Source: Candidatus Nomurabacteria bacterium
Lineage (GTDB): Bacteria > Patescibacteriota > Minisyncoccia > Phycocordibacterales > UBA9973
Reading direction: 5' to 3'
Length of the DNA: 64,000 nucleotides
Assembly (NCBI GenBank): GCA_016699365.1
Contig: CP064973.1
Location: 237,684 to 301,683, forward strand
Shown: piece by piece, positions 7,418-16,614 of the stretch
Position numbering within the stretch: the first letter of the stretch is position 1
Layout of the letters: each line of letters starts with the position of its first letter
Translations under genes and position numbers: made by a program
The notes under the pieces: model-generated
What the model was told of the DNA's origin: nothing
What the model saw: the letters and a program-made list of their open reading frames with translations, nothing else
The model's database searches: none

Positions 7418-9655
7418 TTAGTTGAAGTTTGGAGTTGGTCTACGTGTATATACTCTGCGTGCTAGATAAACTAGTGCAAATATAACAAGTATTAACAGCA
7501 ACCATCCAAGTAATGTATTCGGGAAGAATCCAAGACCTGAGAAGAATGCCAAACCTAGAAGCGGATTTCTACTTGTAGAAACACGATTCATCTCGTATGC
7601 AATAGCTTCTTGCTGAGCGCCTTTCGGGTCAGTATAAACTAGACTTGCAGTTGTAACGAGCAACTCACCTAGGCGCGCACTGTTTGCGACAACCCCTTGA
7701 ATGTAGAACGTACCGGTCTGATTTGGAATAAGTGTACCGAGTTGTATTGTTAGGGCGTGGTCAGCAAGTGAGTAATCACCTATTGAAGAATTTCTAAAGT
7801 TAATATTTTGTGGGAACAGAACACGAAGTGTTGCGTTTTGAAGTGTCTTTCCACTTATATTTTTGTAGATAAGTGTGTAGTCTACTATGTCTCCCATATA
7901 AACGTTTTCATATCGAGAGTCGATAGTAAGCATAATGTCTCCATTACCTGTACCTGTAGAGATAGTTGTACCTGTGTTGATAACAACTGGAACTACTGGA
8001 ACTGAGTATGAGAGTGTTCGGAATGTTAATACTTGTCCGTACTTCAATGTTCCATCATCTGCACGAACTACAGCTCTGTAATAATAAGTTGTATTAGCAA
8101 CTAAGCCTGTAGCAGTATTGAAGTATGAGAGTGTTGAATTAGTACCAAGTAATTGCTGTGATGAGTATAGACCCATGTAAGTTGTTGGTCCATATTCAAA
8201 CCATCCTGTAGGATTATCGTTTGATGTGTTGTAAACGAATCCAGAAAGTGTTGCAGATGTCTGTGTGATAGATGTAGCACTAACAGTAGAAACTGTTACG
8301 TTTGAATAATCAATATCTGGATTATCATTGTCGTCACTATCTGTAGTGAAACTCATGATAGATCCACAATCTTCTCCTAGATCACTTTCAGCACATGCGC
8401 GATAGTAATAGTCTTCATCTTCATCCAAACCAGTGATAGTCTCAGAAAATTCTTCTGTATCATCACTTGATATTGAACAAGATACATTTTCAGTTTCATC
8501 CAGGTCGTCGATTGCATCATTTGTACCCCATTCAAACCAACATGAATCAACTGAATCATCATTTGCATCTACTTCACCTCGAAGCGTTGCAGAGTCTTCA
8601 TCCACGTTGTCTTCTGAAAGAGTAGTAACACTTGGTTCTTGGTCAGATCCTGTGTCTTCTGTGCTTGTTTCAAAATGTAGAATAGATCCACAATCTGTAC
8701 CTTCAGCATTTTCAGCACACGCGCGGTAGTAATAATCTTCACCATCACTTAGACCTGTAAGATTTTCAGAAAATTCTTCTGTATCATCGTCGCCGATTGA
8801 ACATGATGCATCTTCTGTATTGTCTAGGTCGCCAACTGCATCATTTGTGCCCCATTCAAACCAACAGTTATCTATACTGTCTCCGTTTGCATCAGCCTCA
8901 CCACGCAATACTGCAGAATCTTCATCTACATCAACTGCTGATAGTGTAGTTGTATTTGGTGCACTTGCATCATCACCTCCATCATATGGAGATTCTGAAT
9001 CATCGTAGATACTGTCACAACTTGGATCATCCATGTCTGTATATCCATCTCCGTCGTTGTCTTCATTGTCATCACATTGTGCATCTCCGTCATCAGTGTT
9101 TCCACTAACTTTGAATTGAACACGTAGGTGACCTTGACTAGACCATCCTGGTGCAACTGAACCAATGTTTATTCCACTAGAAAATAGTGAGGAGTCACTG
9201 ATCGCAGAACCAGTAGTTGTTTGGTTTGGAAACCAAGTAGCAGAGTTGTCGATGTATGTTAGAGATTGTGAACTTGAAAGTGAAACACTAACAGAGTCTG
9301 AAAGACCTCCGTATCCATCGGCAGAGATACTACCAGTAAATGTATGTGAAGTACCTGTTCCAGTAGATTCTGGAGATACTTTCAATTTCACATTGTTTGC
9401 TGTTGTATTGCCAGTGTTGTGGTAATAAATATCAAAAGATATTGTCTCACCTGCATCTGCACTAACAGTAGTAGATATCCAATTCGTACCGTTTGGATAG
9501 TCTGAAACGTTCATGCCACGGAAAGTAGCATAGTCTTGTGGGTCATTGTTGAATGCCACAAAAGCAGCTGCCTCTGTAGGAAGTGCTGCAAATCCTAGAC
9601 CTAAAAAGGCTAGAAAAGAAAATGTGTATGCGATTTTTTTAATAAAGTTTTTCAT
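7418..9655 (-). CDS. large secreted surface protein with tandem FN3-like acidic repeats and C-terminal DUF11-like domain plus TM anchor
   Basis: Signal peptide. Repeat units of about 109 aa (DSA.LRGE.DAN.DS.D.CWFEWGTNDA...DYYYRACAE...DCGSI..F.T), two nearly identical and a degenerate third. Extremely Asp/Glu-rich. C-terminal hydrophobic anchor. Confidence 0.6.
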   Translation of the reverse strand: MKNFIKKIAYTFSFLAFLGLGFAALPTEAAAFVAFNNDPQDYATFRGMNVSDYPNGTNWISTTVSADAGETISFDIYYHNTGNTTANNVKLKVSPESTGTGTSHTFTGSISADGYGGLSDSVSVSLSSSQSLTYIDNSATWFPNQTTTGSAISDSSLFSSGINIGSVAPGWSSQGHLRVQFKVSGNTDDGDAQCDDNEDNDGDGYTDMDDPSCDSIYDDSESPYDGGDDASAPNTTTLSAVDVDEDSAVLRGEADANGDSIDNCWFEWGTNDAVGDLDNTEDASCSIGDDDTEEFSENLTGLSDGEDYYYRACAENAEGTDCGSILHFETSTEDTGSDQEPSVTTLSEDNVDEDSATLRGEVDANDDSVDSCWFEWGTNDAIDDLDETENVSCSISSDDTEEFSETITGLDEDEDYYYRACAESDLGEDCGSIMSFTTDSDDNDNPDIDYSNVTVSTVSATSITQTSATLSGFVYNTSNDNPTGWFEYGPTTYMGLYSSQQLLGTNSTLSYFNTATGLVANTTYYYRAVVRADDGTLKYGQVLTFRTLSYSVPVVPVVINTGTTISTGTGNGDIMLTIDSRYENVYMGDIVDYTLIYKNISGKTLQNATLRVLFPQNINFRNSSIGDYSLADHALTIQLGTLIPNQTGTFYIQGVVANSARLGELLVTTASLVYTDPKGAQQEAIAYEMNRVSTSRNPLLGLAFFSGLGFFPNTLLGWLLLILVIFALVYLARRVYTRRPTPNFN
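8296..8953 (-). repeat. tandem coding repeat (about 327 bp period, 2 near-identical units) inside the surface protein gene
   Basis: Protein residues about 235-343 and 344-453 are near-identical; the DNA is correspondingly duplicated. Confidence 0.6.
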
Positions 9656-9900
9656 AAATTTGTTTTTTAATCTCTTAATAATCTCTTAATACGACAACTA
9701 ATAATAGGTATTATATAACATTTTAGCTTAAAAGTCAATAAGATTCCCTTCCACCCATATTCGGGAGGATTTTTGATAGGAGATCTATATTAAACTGCTC
9801 AACTACATGTTTTAGGCCTCGATTCTAGCATAAACCAAAATCAAGAACTAAAAAAGTAGTACGACCTGACTGTCAGGTCGTACAAAAACATTACTGCAAA

Positions 9901-10875
9901 TTAATCAGGGAATCCACCACCTACATCAACCGGACCACCAGTAATATCTACAGGGCCACCTGGACCAATGGGGTTTCCACCATTGATATCAACCGGACCA
10001 CCAGTAGGACCACCGTAGTAAGTCCCACCAGATGAAGATCCGCCACCAATCCATTGATTGATAAGATAGCCTGCAGCAACACCAGCCCCTGCAGCCAAAA
10101 CATAGCCCCATGGAGATGCTTTTTTGCATTCCGGGCAATCATCGGTTTGGTGTGTAGGACCTGTGGTGTAAACCACTGGAGGTTGCTGATAAACAACCGG
10201 TGTAGGGGGTTCGTAGCGTGGTGCAGGAGGTTGATAAACAACCGGCGCAGGCGCTGAAGCGTCTACTGCATTGTCTGCAGCAGGTTGAACTGCTAAAGCA
10301 GTTGCATTACCACCATTACCATTACCATTGTTGTTTCCTGCAACAATATAGATGTTTATCGGCTGACCAGCGTTTGCTGTTACTGTTTCTTTTTTAACCA
10401 CACCTGTTGAAGGTTTATGGTTTAAGAATTCCTTTTCGGGCAAAAGGTTTTTACACCAATCACTCCAAAGTGGTTTTCCGTTAAAAGTCCCAGCTTTTTC
10501 GTCAGTATAATTTGCCCTGAAATCAGAATATTTCATACCACCACTCTCGGCATACGAAACCAATCTGCTTCCTTCACTAAACACAACTGGCTCAACTGAG
10601 CAAACACGCATTGCTGCGAACAGTTCAGCGTCTGTTGTAATAGGGTCAAATCCCCAAGCATAATACTCAATCGCCCAATTAAGGACTTTTTTGTATTCTG
10701 CTTTAATTGTTTCAACCGGAAGATTGAAAATCCCGTCAGGATCTCCTTTATCCAAAGCAGTAATAAACTGCTCGTTTGAAACCTTTCCACACATTTCGCT
10801 CTTCAGTACAGGTTGTCCTGCTGAGAGGATAAGTGTCATTTGCAATAAAACTAAAAATAACAATGTTTTTTTCAT
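9901..10875 (-). CDS. secreted protein with Pro/Gly-rich low-complexity C-terminal half and glycine-zipper TM segment
   Basis: Signal peptide MKKTLLFLVLLQMTLILSAG. CPECKK motif. PPxPVVYQ repeats. GGPxGGPVDI repeats at the C-terminus. Confidence 0.45.
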   Translation of the reverse strand: MKKTLLFLVLLQMTLILSAGQPVLKSEMCGKVSNEQFITALDKGDPDGIFNLPVETIKAEYKKVLNWAIEYYAWGFDPITTDAELFAAMRVCSVEPVVFSEGSRLVSYAESGGMKYSDFRANYTDEKAGTFNGKPLWSDWCKNLLPEKEFLNHKPSTGVVKKETVTANAGQPINIYIVAGNNNGNGNGGNATALAVQPAADNAVDASAPAPVVYQPPAPRYEPPTPVVYQQPPVVYTTGPTHQTDDCPECKKASPWGYVLAAGAGVAAGYLINQWIGGGSSSGGTYYGGPTGGPVDINGGNPIGPGGPVDITGGPVDVGGGFPD

Positions 10876-11064
10876 ATCTTTCGGATTTTAGCGTTTCAGA
10901 AATATTTTCTTCATCTTATCACATTTAAGGCAGATTGTCAATCCCACAACAGGACACTGCCGCCTTTTGGTCTGTTTAATAAAGAGCGGGTTTTAAGCTT
11001 TGTTTTTAGCCCAAAATCCCTTGTTTTTCTTCTTATTTGCCGATTTTGGTGTATTATTATTACA

Positions 11065-12762
11065 ATGATTCAATTTGATGAAGATAAGCAAAATAAACGA
11101 CTTGAAGACCTTAAATACCAAGAAGAGGAGGACTTGGTTCGTATTCTTTCTGCAGCTAAATACAATATTCCCTATATAGATCTATCTACAACAACTATTG
11201 AGAACGAGGCCCTTCGCATTGTTCCTGAAAAAACTGCTCGTGCAGTTGAAATTGCGCCATTCAAAGTGCTTGGAAAAAATCTACACATTGCGGTTAGATC
11301 CCCTGTTAGAGATGACTTATCTCAAGTTATTGAAGATATAAAAAGTCAAAATTATAATCCAATTTTATATATGGCTTCGCTTGCATCGTTAGAAAAAGCT
11401 TGGTCTAGATATGGAGAAATATCTTTTGCATCTGTGTCACGTACAGGTGGATTAGATATTTCAGCAGAAGCCCTGCTAGATATTGCAAATAAAGTTCACA
11501 ATATAGATGATGTTGCAAAAACAGTAGAAGATGCGTCGACTGACAACAAAACCCATAAACTATCTCACATGCTTGAGATAATACTTGGTGGGGCTATTGC
11601 TATAAAAGCATCTGATATACATATAGAGCCAGGAGAACAAAATGTCCAAGTTAGATTTAGGTTAGACGGTGTTTTGCAAAACATACTTACATTCCCCCAC
11701 GAAACATACAAGCTTGTAAATTCTCGTATAAAACTTATATCTGGACTGAAGCTCGTAATAAAAAGTGTTGCTCAAGACGGTCGCTTTAGTATATTCCAGT
11801 CTGATGGGACTGAGATATCAATGCGTGTTTCAATTATCCCTGGAGCATATGGTGAATCAATTGTAATGCGTATACTTGATCCAAAATCAATTCAAGTAAA
11901 ACTAGATGAGCTTGGAATTCCAAAAAAACTTCTATCTCTTATGGAAAATGAGATTGCAAAACCAAACGGACTCATACTTATCACTGGTCCAACTGGATCT
12001 GGTAAAACCACAACACTATATGCATTCCTGCGAAAAATATACTCTCCAGAAATAAAAGTTATTACAATCGAAGACCCTATAGAATATCACCTTGCTGGAA
12101 TTACTCAAACACAAGTTGAAAAAAATTATACATTTCTAGAAGGACTCCGTTCTGCACTTCGCCAAGACCCAGACGTAATAATGGTTGGAGAAATTCGTGA
12201 CTCTGAAACTGCAAAAATCGCAGTAGAATCAGCTCTAACCGGACACTTGGTTTTCTCTACACTACACACAAACAATGCAGGTGGTGTGATCCCTCGTCTT
12301 ATAGACCTAGAGGTAAACCCAAAAATTCTTGTGTCTGCACTGAGACTTTCTATTGCTCAGCGTCTTGTTAGAAAACTTTGCCAGAACTGTAAAGCAGAAG
12401 ATGTTCTATCTCCTGAAGACGAAGTTTTAATTAGAAAAATTCTCACTGGAATAAATACAGAAGGTAAAAAAGTAGAAGAATTTAGCATTGACCCAAACCA
12501 ACCACTGAAAATATGGAAAGCTGTTGGTTGCGACAAATGCAATAAAACTGGATACAAGGGGCGTATGGGAATATATGAAGCAATTCAGACTGATGAGTCT
12601 ATAGAGAAAATAATTCCTGAAAATCCGAGTGAGCGCGAAATAAAAAGAGTTGCTCATGCACAAGGAACACTCGACATGAAGGAGGATGGAATAATAAAAG
12701 TACTTACTGGTATTACAAGTTTATCTGAAGTGAAAAGTGTGGTGGAGTTGGATGAAGAATAA
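11065..12762 (+). CDS. pilB: type IV pilus assembly ATPase PilB / GspE family
   Basis: 565 aa; GspE N-terminal domain; Walker A GPTGSGKTT; Asp box; His box; C-terminal CxxC zinc motif (CQNCK...CDKC). Confidence 0.85.
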   Translation: MIQFDEDKQNKRLEDLKYQEEEDLVRILSAAKYNIPYIDLSTTTIENEALRIVPEKTARAVEIAPFKVLGKNLHIAVRSPVRDDLSQVIEDIKSQNYNPILYMASLASLEKAWSRYGEISFASVSRTGGLDISAEALLDIANKVHNIDDVAKTVEDASTDNKTHKLSHMLEIILGGAIAIKASDIHIEPGEQNVQVRFRLDGVLQNILTFPHETYKLVNSRIKLISGLKLVIKSVAQDGRFSIFQSDGTEISMRVSIIPGAYGESIVMRILDPKSIQVKLDELGIPKKLLSLMENEIAKPNGLILITGPTGSGKTTTLYAFLRKIYSPEIKVITIEDPIEYHLAGITQTQVEKNYTFLEGLRSALRQDPDVIMVGEIRDSETAKIAVESALTGHLVFSTLHTNNAGGVIPRLIDLEVNPKILVSALRLSIAQRLVRKLCQNCKAEDVLSPEDEVLIRKILTGINTEGKKVEEFSIDPNQPLKIWKAVGCDKCNKTGYKGRMGIYEAIQTDESIEKIIPENPSEREIKRVAHAQGTLDMKEDGIIKVLTGITSLSEVKSVVELDEE

Positions 12763-12775
12763 AATTTAATCTCAG

Positions 12776-12908
12776 AAAATCCCCAAAGGGGATTTTCTTT
12801 TTATTTTAATTATGGATAAAAAAGGGTTTTCCAGAAACCAAGCTCTGATTAACCGCAAACTGAATTGAAGTTATAAAAAGAAAAAACCCACTCTGTGGGT
12901 TTTTTCTA
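12776..12908 (+). repeat. conserved intergenic RNA-like element, copy B
   Basis: 5' hairpin aaaatccccaaaggggatttt. Core ttaTGGATAAAAaagggTTTTCCAGAAACcaagc. Terminator aaaaaacccactctgtgggtttttt. Confidence 0.5.
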
Positions 12909-13307
12909 AAAGTTTTTTAAAATAAAAAAAGAATACAAATCTCTAAACAATCCTTAAAAGGCTAGGCCTAGTAAGTAACATATTTTTGAAGGATGGCTCC
13001 AGTGGTCTATAAATAGTACCAGAACGTCCTACGCAAATACATATAGAAATTCATCTGATTGCTTAGAGATTTATATCCTCTTTAGTAATTGAACGCTTTA
13101 TAAGTATACGTATACTTATGCACTTGCCTAGACACAAAAAATATCGTCTTGTGGACATTGTGTGGACAACGGTGCAAAAATAAAAAGCCCTATATTTAAT
13201 CGGCTTTTATATGCTTCCTGCACGACCTAGATCGTTACAACTGAATACATCTTAGCATATTAGAATTTTTTTGTCAACTACCAGGCTTATAGGGTATACT
13301 TACAGGC

Positions 13308-14312
13308 ATGGAAGATAAAATCCAAAATACAGACACTAGGCTTGATCTAACACTGCGGCCCAGAAACTGGGAAGAGTACATAGGCCAAGAACAGATCAAA
13401 GAAAATTTGAGGATTTTACTTACAGCAGCAAAGGAAAGAAACCACCCAGCGGAGCATATATTGTTTTATGGGCCACCTGGACTTGGAAAAACAACACTTG
13501 CACATCTAATAGCAAAAGAAACTAATAGGCAAATAAAAATAACATCTGGCCCAGCCATAGAAAAGGTTGGTGATCTTGCTTCTATACTTACAAATCTTTC
13601 TCCTGGTGATATTTTATTTATCGACGAAATACATCGACTAAACAAAATGGTTGAGGAGGTTCTATACCCTGCTATGGAATCTGGGATACTAGATATCATA
13701 ATAGGTAAAGGTCCATCTGCTCGCACAATACAACTTGATCTGCCTGCATTTACACTTATCGCAGCAACAACTCGCATTGCATTACTATCTGCTCCACTTA
13801 GATCAAGATTCTCCGGAGGAACATTTAGATTGGAATTTTATAAAGAAGAAGAGATATCAAAGATAATATATAGATCTGCAAAAATACTTGGAGTAACACT
13901 AGACGATGAGGCTGTATCTGAAATTGCAAAAAGAAGTCGTTTTACACCTCGCACAGCAAACTATTTTCTAAAAAGAGTTAGAGATTACGGACAGGTCCAT
14001 AAAAAAGATTTGGACAAAAAAACTGTTTTTTTAGCACTTTCTCTACTTGGTATAGATGAACTTGGTTTATCAGAAGTAGATAGATCTGTACTCACTACTA
14101 TTATAGAAAAATTCGACGGGGGGCCGGTTGGTCTAAATACAATTGCAGCAGCAACAAGCGAAGAAGACGCAACCATAGAAGAGGTTGTAGAACCATATCT
14201 AATACAAAGAGGTTTACTTGATAGAACACCACGAGGAAGAGTTGCTACAAAAAAAGCATATGAACATTTGGGTTTTGAATATAAAGAAATAGATCAGGGT
14301 AAGTTGATATAA
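13308..14312 (+). CDS. ruvB: Holliday junction branch migration ATPase RuvB
   Basis: 334 aa; AAA+ Walker [10 protein letters not shown]; overall RuvB architecture. Confidence 0.9.
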   Translation: MEDKIQNTDTRLDLTLRPRNWEEYIGQEQIKENLRILLTAAKERNHPAEHILFYGPPGLGKTTLAHLIAKETNRQIKITSGPAIEKVGDLASILTNLSPGDILFIDEIHRLNKMVEEVLYPAMESGILDIIIGKGPSARTIQLDLPAFTLIAATTRIALLSAPLRSRFSGGTFRLEFYKEEEISKIIYRSAKILGVTLDDEAVSEIAKRSRFTPRTANYFLKRVRDYGQVHKKDLDKKTVFLALSLLGIDELGLSEVDRSVLTTIIEKFDGGPVGLNTIAAATSEEDATIEEVVEPYLIQRGLLDRTPRGRVATKKAYEHLGFEYKEIDQGKLI

Positions 14313-14570
14313 AAAAATAGAGAGTTTCCCGTTTCCAGAAAACCCTCATTTTGTTCAAGTATGAAAAGAACAATTTTTTTCAAAAAAGAATTTATTCTTT
14401 TTTGAAATTATTTTAAATTTAAGAACTTTTTTATAAAAATCTTCAACCTCCACGCCTTCTTTAAGGGCGCTTCGGTTGAAGAATCCCCATGAAAACACAC
14501 CCTGTAATCTAACAGGATGTGTTCAAATTGTCAATTAGTAAATTTGGTATCAATAAATCATAATCTATAT

Positions 14571-15048
14571 ATGAGAATATTGGGAATAGATCCGGGTTTT
14601 GATCGATTAGGAATAGCTATAATAGATAAAAATGAAAAAGGAAAAGAATCCTTGGTGTATTCAGAGTGTTTTGAGACAAATAAAAAAGATTCTTTCTCGG
14701 AAAGACTTTTTTGATTGGAAAACAGGTCGCTTTTTTAAATATAAACCAGAATATTTAAGTATTGAAAAATTATATATGACAGTTAATCAAAAAACAGCCA
14801 TGAATGTAGCTGAGGCACGTGGCGTAGTCATATATGAATCACAAAAATCCAATATTCCCATATACGAATTTACTCCTATGGAAATAAAGATGGCGGTAAC
14901 AGGTTTCGGCAAGGCCACAAAAAACGATGTAGCAAAAATGGTCCCTAAATTAATAGTTTTAGAAAACAAGAAAATGAAAGATGATGAAATAGACGCTATT
15001 GCAATAGCCCTAACCCTGTCTGCAACAATTAGATATAGAAATATGTAA
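14571..15048 (+). pseudogene. ruvC: Holliday junction resolvase RuvC interrupted by frameshift(s) at T6 homopolymers
   Basis: The N-terminus MRILGIDPGFDRLGIAIID (RuvC signature) is in frame 0 and stops at 14712-14714. The C-terminal part (KYKPEYLSIEKLYM...EARGV...DAIAIALT) is in the +1 frame. T6 runs lie at 14707-14712 and 14731-14736. Confidence 0.6.
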
Positions 15049-15159
15049 GTTATCCACAAAATGAGTATTTTTTTCTTGCAAAGACAAATCGCATTTGATA
15101 AAAATACCTGAGGCACACAAGTGGTGTGATCTAATTTATAAATTTAAATTAATTGTACA

Positions 15160-15318
15160 TGTACGACGAAGAAAAAGACTTAAATGAAGAAGACCTTCTT
15201 GAGGTGTTAGGTGGAGATGATGTTCTAGATGACACAGAAGATCTTCTATCTATAGATGATGTTATTGCTACAGAAGACGGGGGAGATACTGAAGAGGAGG
15301 AAGACGAAGCATATTAAA
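15160..15318 (+). CDS. small (52 aa) extremely acidic hypothetical protein
   Basis: ATG-to-TAA ORF (MYDEEKDLNEEDLLEVLGGDD...EEEEDEAY) between ruvC and tyrS. Low complexity; speculative. Confidence 0.2.
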
Positions 15319-15345
15319 AAAATAAAAACCCACAAGCGTGGGTTT

Positions 15346-16554
15346 TTATTTTTTCTGGACAGTTATGTGAATAAATCTTTTTTTACCTATTTTTATAGCA
15401 CCATCACCCTCTACTAGTGTTTGAGGATCAATTATTTTTCTTTCTTCTGTGTTTACAAAAAATTTTATTGCACCCTCTTCAATAAGCCTTCTGAATTCTG
15501 ATTTTGAAGATACCATGCCGTTCTTGATCAAAATATCAACAAGAGGCATTTTTATTTTTACAGTGACTTTTTTTATATCTTCTGGTATTTCTCCTTTACT
15601 AAAAGTGTTTTCAAAACTACTTTCAGCTTTTTCTGCAGCTTTTTCTCCATGATAAAAACTTACTATTTCTCTTGCGAGTATTTTTTTATATATCATTGGG
15701 TTTGCTCCATCTGAAACAGCTTTTTTCATCTCCTCTATTTTATTCATTGGAACTCTTGTTACGAGTTCAAAATATTCAAATATTACAGAATCAACAATAG
15801 ACATTATTTTTCCGTACATTTCATTTGGGTCTTCTCCAATTGCAATAAAGTTTTGTAAACTTTTCCCCATTGGTCTTCCGTCACTTCCAACCAAGAGCTT
15901 CATTATTAAAGCAGATTGTGGTTTCATGGAAAAAGATTCCATAAGTCTTCTCCCTGCTAAAAGGTTGAAGGTTTGGTCTGTTGCTCCAATCTCTACATCG
16001 CACTTTATTGCGACAGAATCATATCCTTGCATAAGTGGGTATAAAAATTCATCTAAACCTATTGGTTTTCCAGAATTGTATCTAAGTAGAAAAGTTTCTC
16101 GGTCAAGCATCTGAGATACAGTAAATTGTTTTGTTAGATTTAAAACATCTTTAAAAGTAAGTTTTTTAAGCCAATCTGAGTTGTTTCTAATTTTTGAAGA
16201 TTCTTTTATGATTGTTTTATAAAACTGCTTCTCCCAACCTTTTTGATTTTTTTTTATTTGCTCTTCGGTTATGTCTGCTCTCATATCAACCTTATCAGAA
16301 TGATCTCCAACCAGCGTTGTAAAATCACCCACAATTAAAGTTACTTTATGTCCTAGTTCTTGAAAATCCCTAACTTTTCTATGTAAAACAGAGTGCCCCA
16401 AATGTAAAAATGCTCCAGTTACATCTGTACCGAGTTTTATATGCAGTTGTTTACCGCTCATTAATTTATTTTTTAGATCTTCTTTTGTAAAAACCTCATG
16501 AACTCCGCGGCTTAATATTTCATCTATTTTTACTTCATCTACTATAACTTTCAT
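15346..16554 (-). CDS. tyrS: tyrosyl-tRNA synthetase
   Basis: HIGH-type motif (LHLGH), KMSKS-like motif (KLLVGSDGRPMGKS), C-terminal S4-like domain. Confidence 0.85.
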   Translation of the reverse strand: MKVIVDEVKIDEILSRGVHEVFTKEDLKNKLMSGKQLHIKLGTDVTGAFLHLGHSVLHRKVRDFQELGHKVTLIVGDFTTLVGDHSDKVDMRADITEEQIKKNQKGWEKQFYKTIIKESSKIRNNSDWLKKLTFKDVLNLTKQFTVSQMLDRETFLLRYNSGKPIGLDEFLYPLMQGYDSVAIKCDVEIGATDQTFNLLAGRRLMESFSMKPQSALIMKLLVGSDGRPMGKSLQNFIAIGEDPNEMYGKIMSIVDSVIFEYFELVTRVPMNKIEEMKKAVSDGANPMIYKKILAREIVSFYHGEKAAEKAESSFENTFSKGEIPEDIKKVTVKIKMPLVDILIKNGMVSSKSEFRRLIEEGAIKFFVNTEERKIIDPQTLVEGDGAIKIGKKRFIHITVQKK

Positions 16555-16614
16555 AGAAACACTTTATCATATTTGGGTGTTTTTGTCTTTATGTATATAG
16601 ATATTGTGTTATGA

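Noticed and set aside
8377-9425. Several 60-100 aa ORFs in both orientations inside the 7418-9655 gene
   Set aside because: They are alternative-frame and antisense ORFs generated by the repetitive, compositionally biased acidic repeat region; the long minus-strand frame is the real gene.
15160-15318. Possibility that the acidic 52-aa ORF is a real anti-sigma or DNA-mimic protein
   Set aside because: I kept it only as a low-confidence feature. It is purely low-complexity D/E-rich with no motif, so functional assignment is not supportable.
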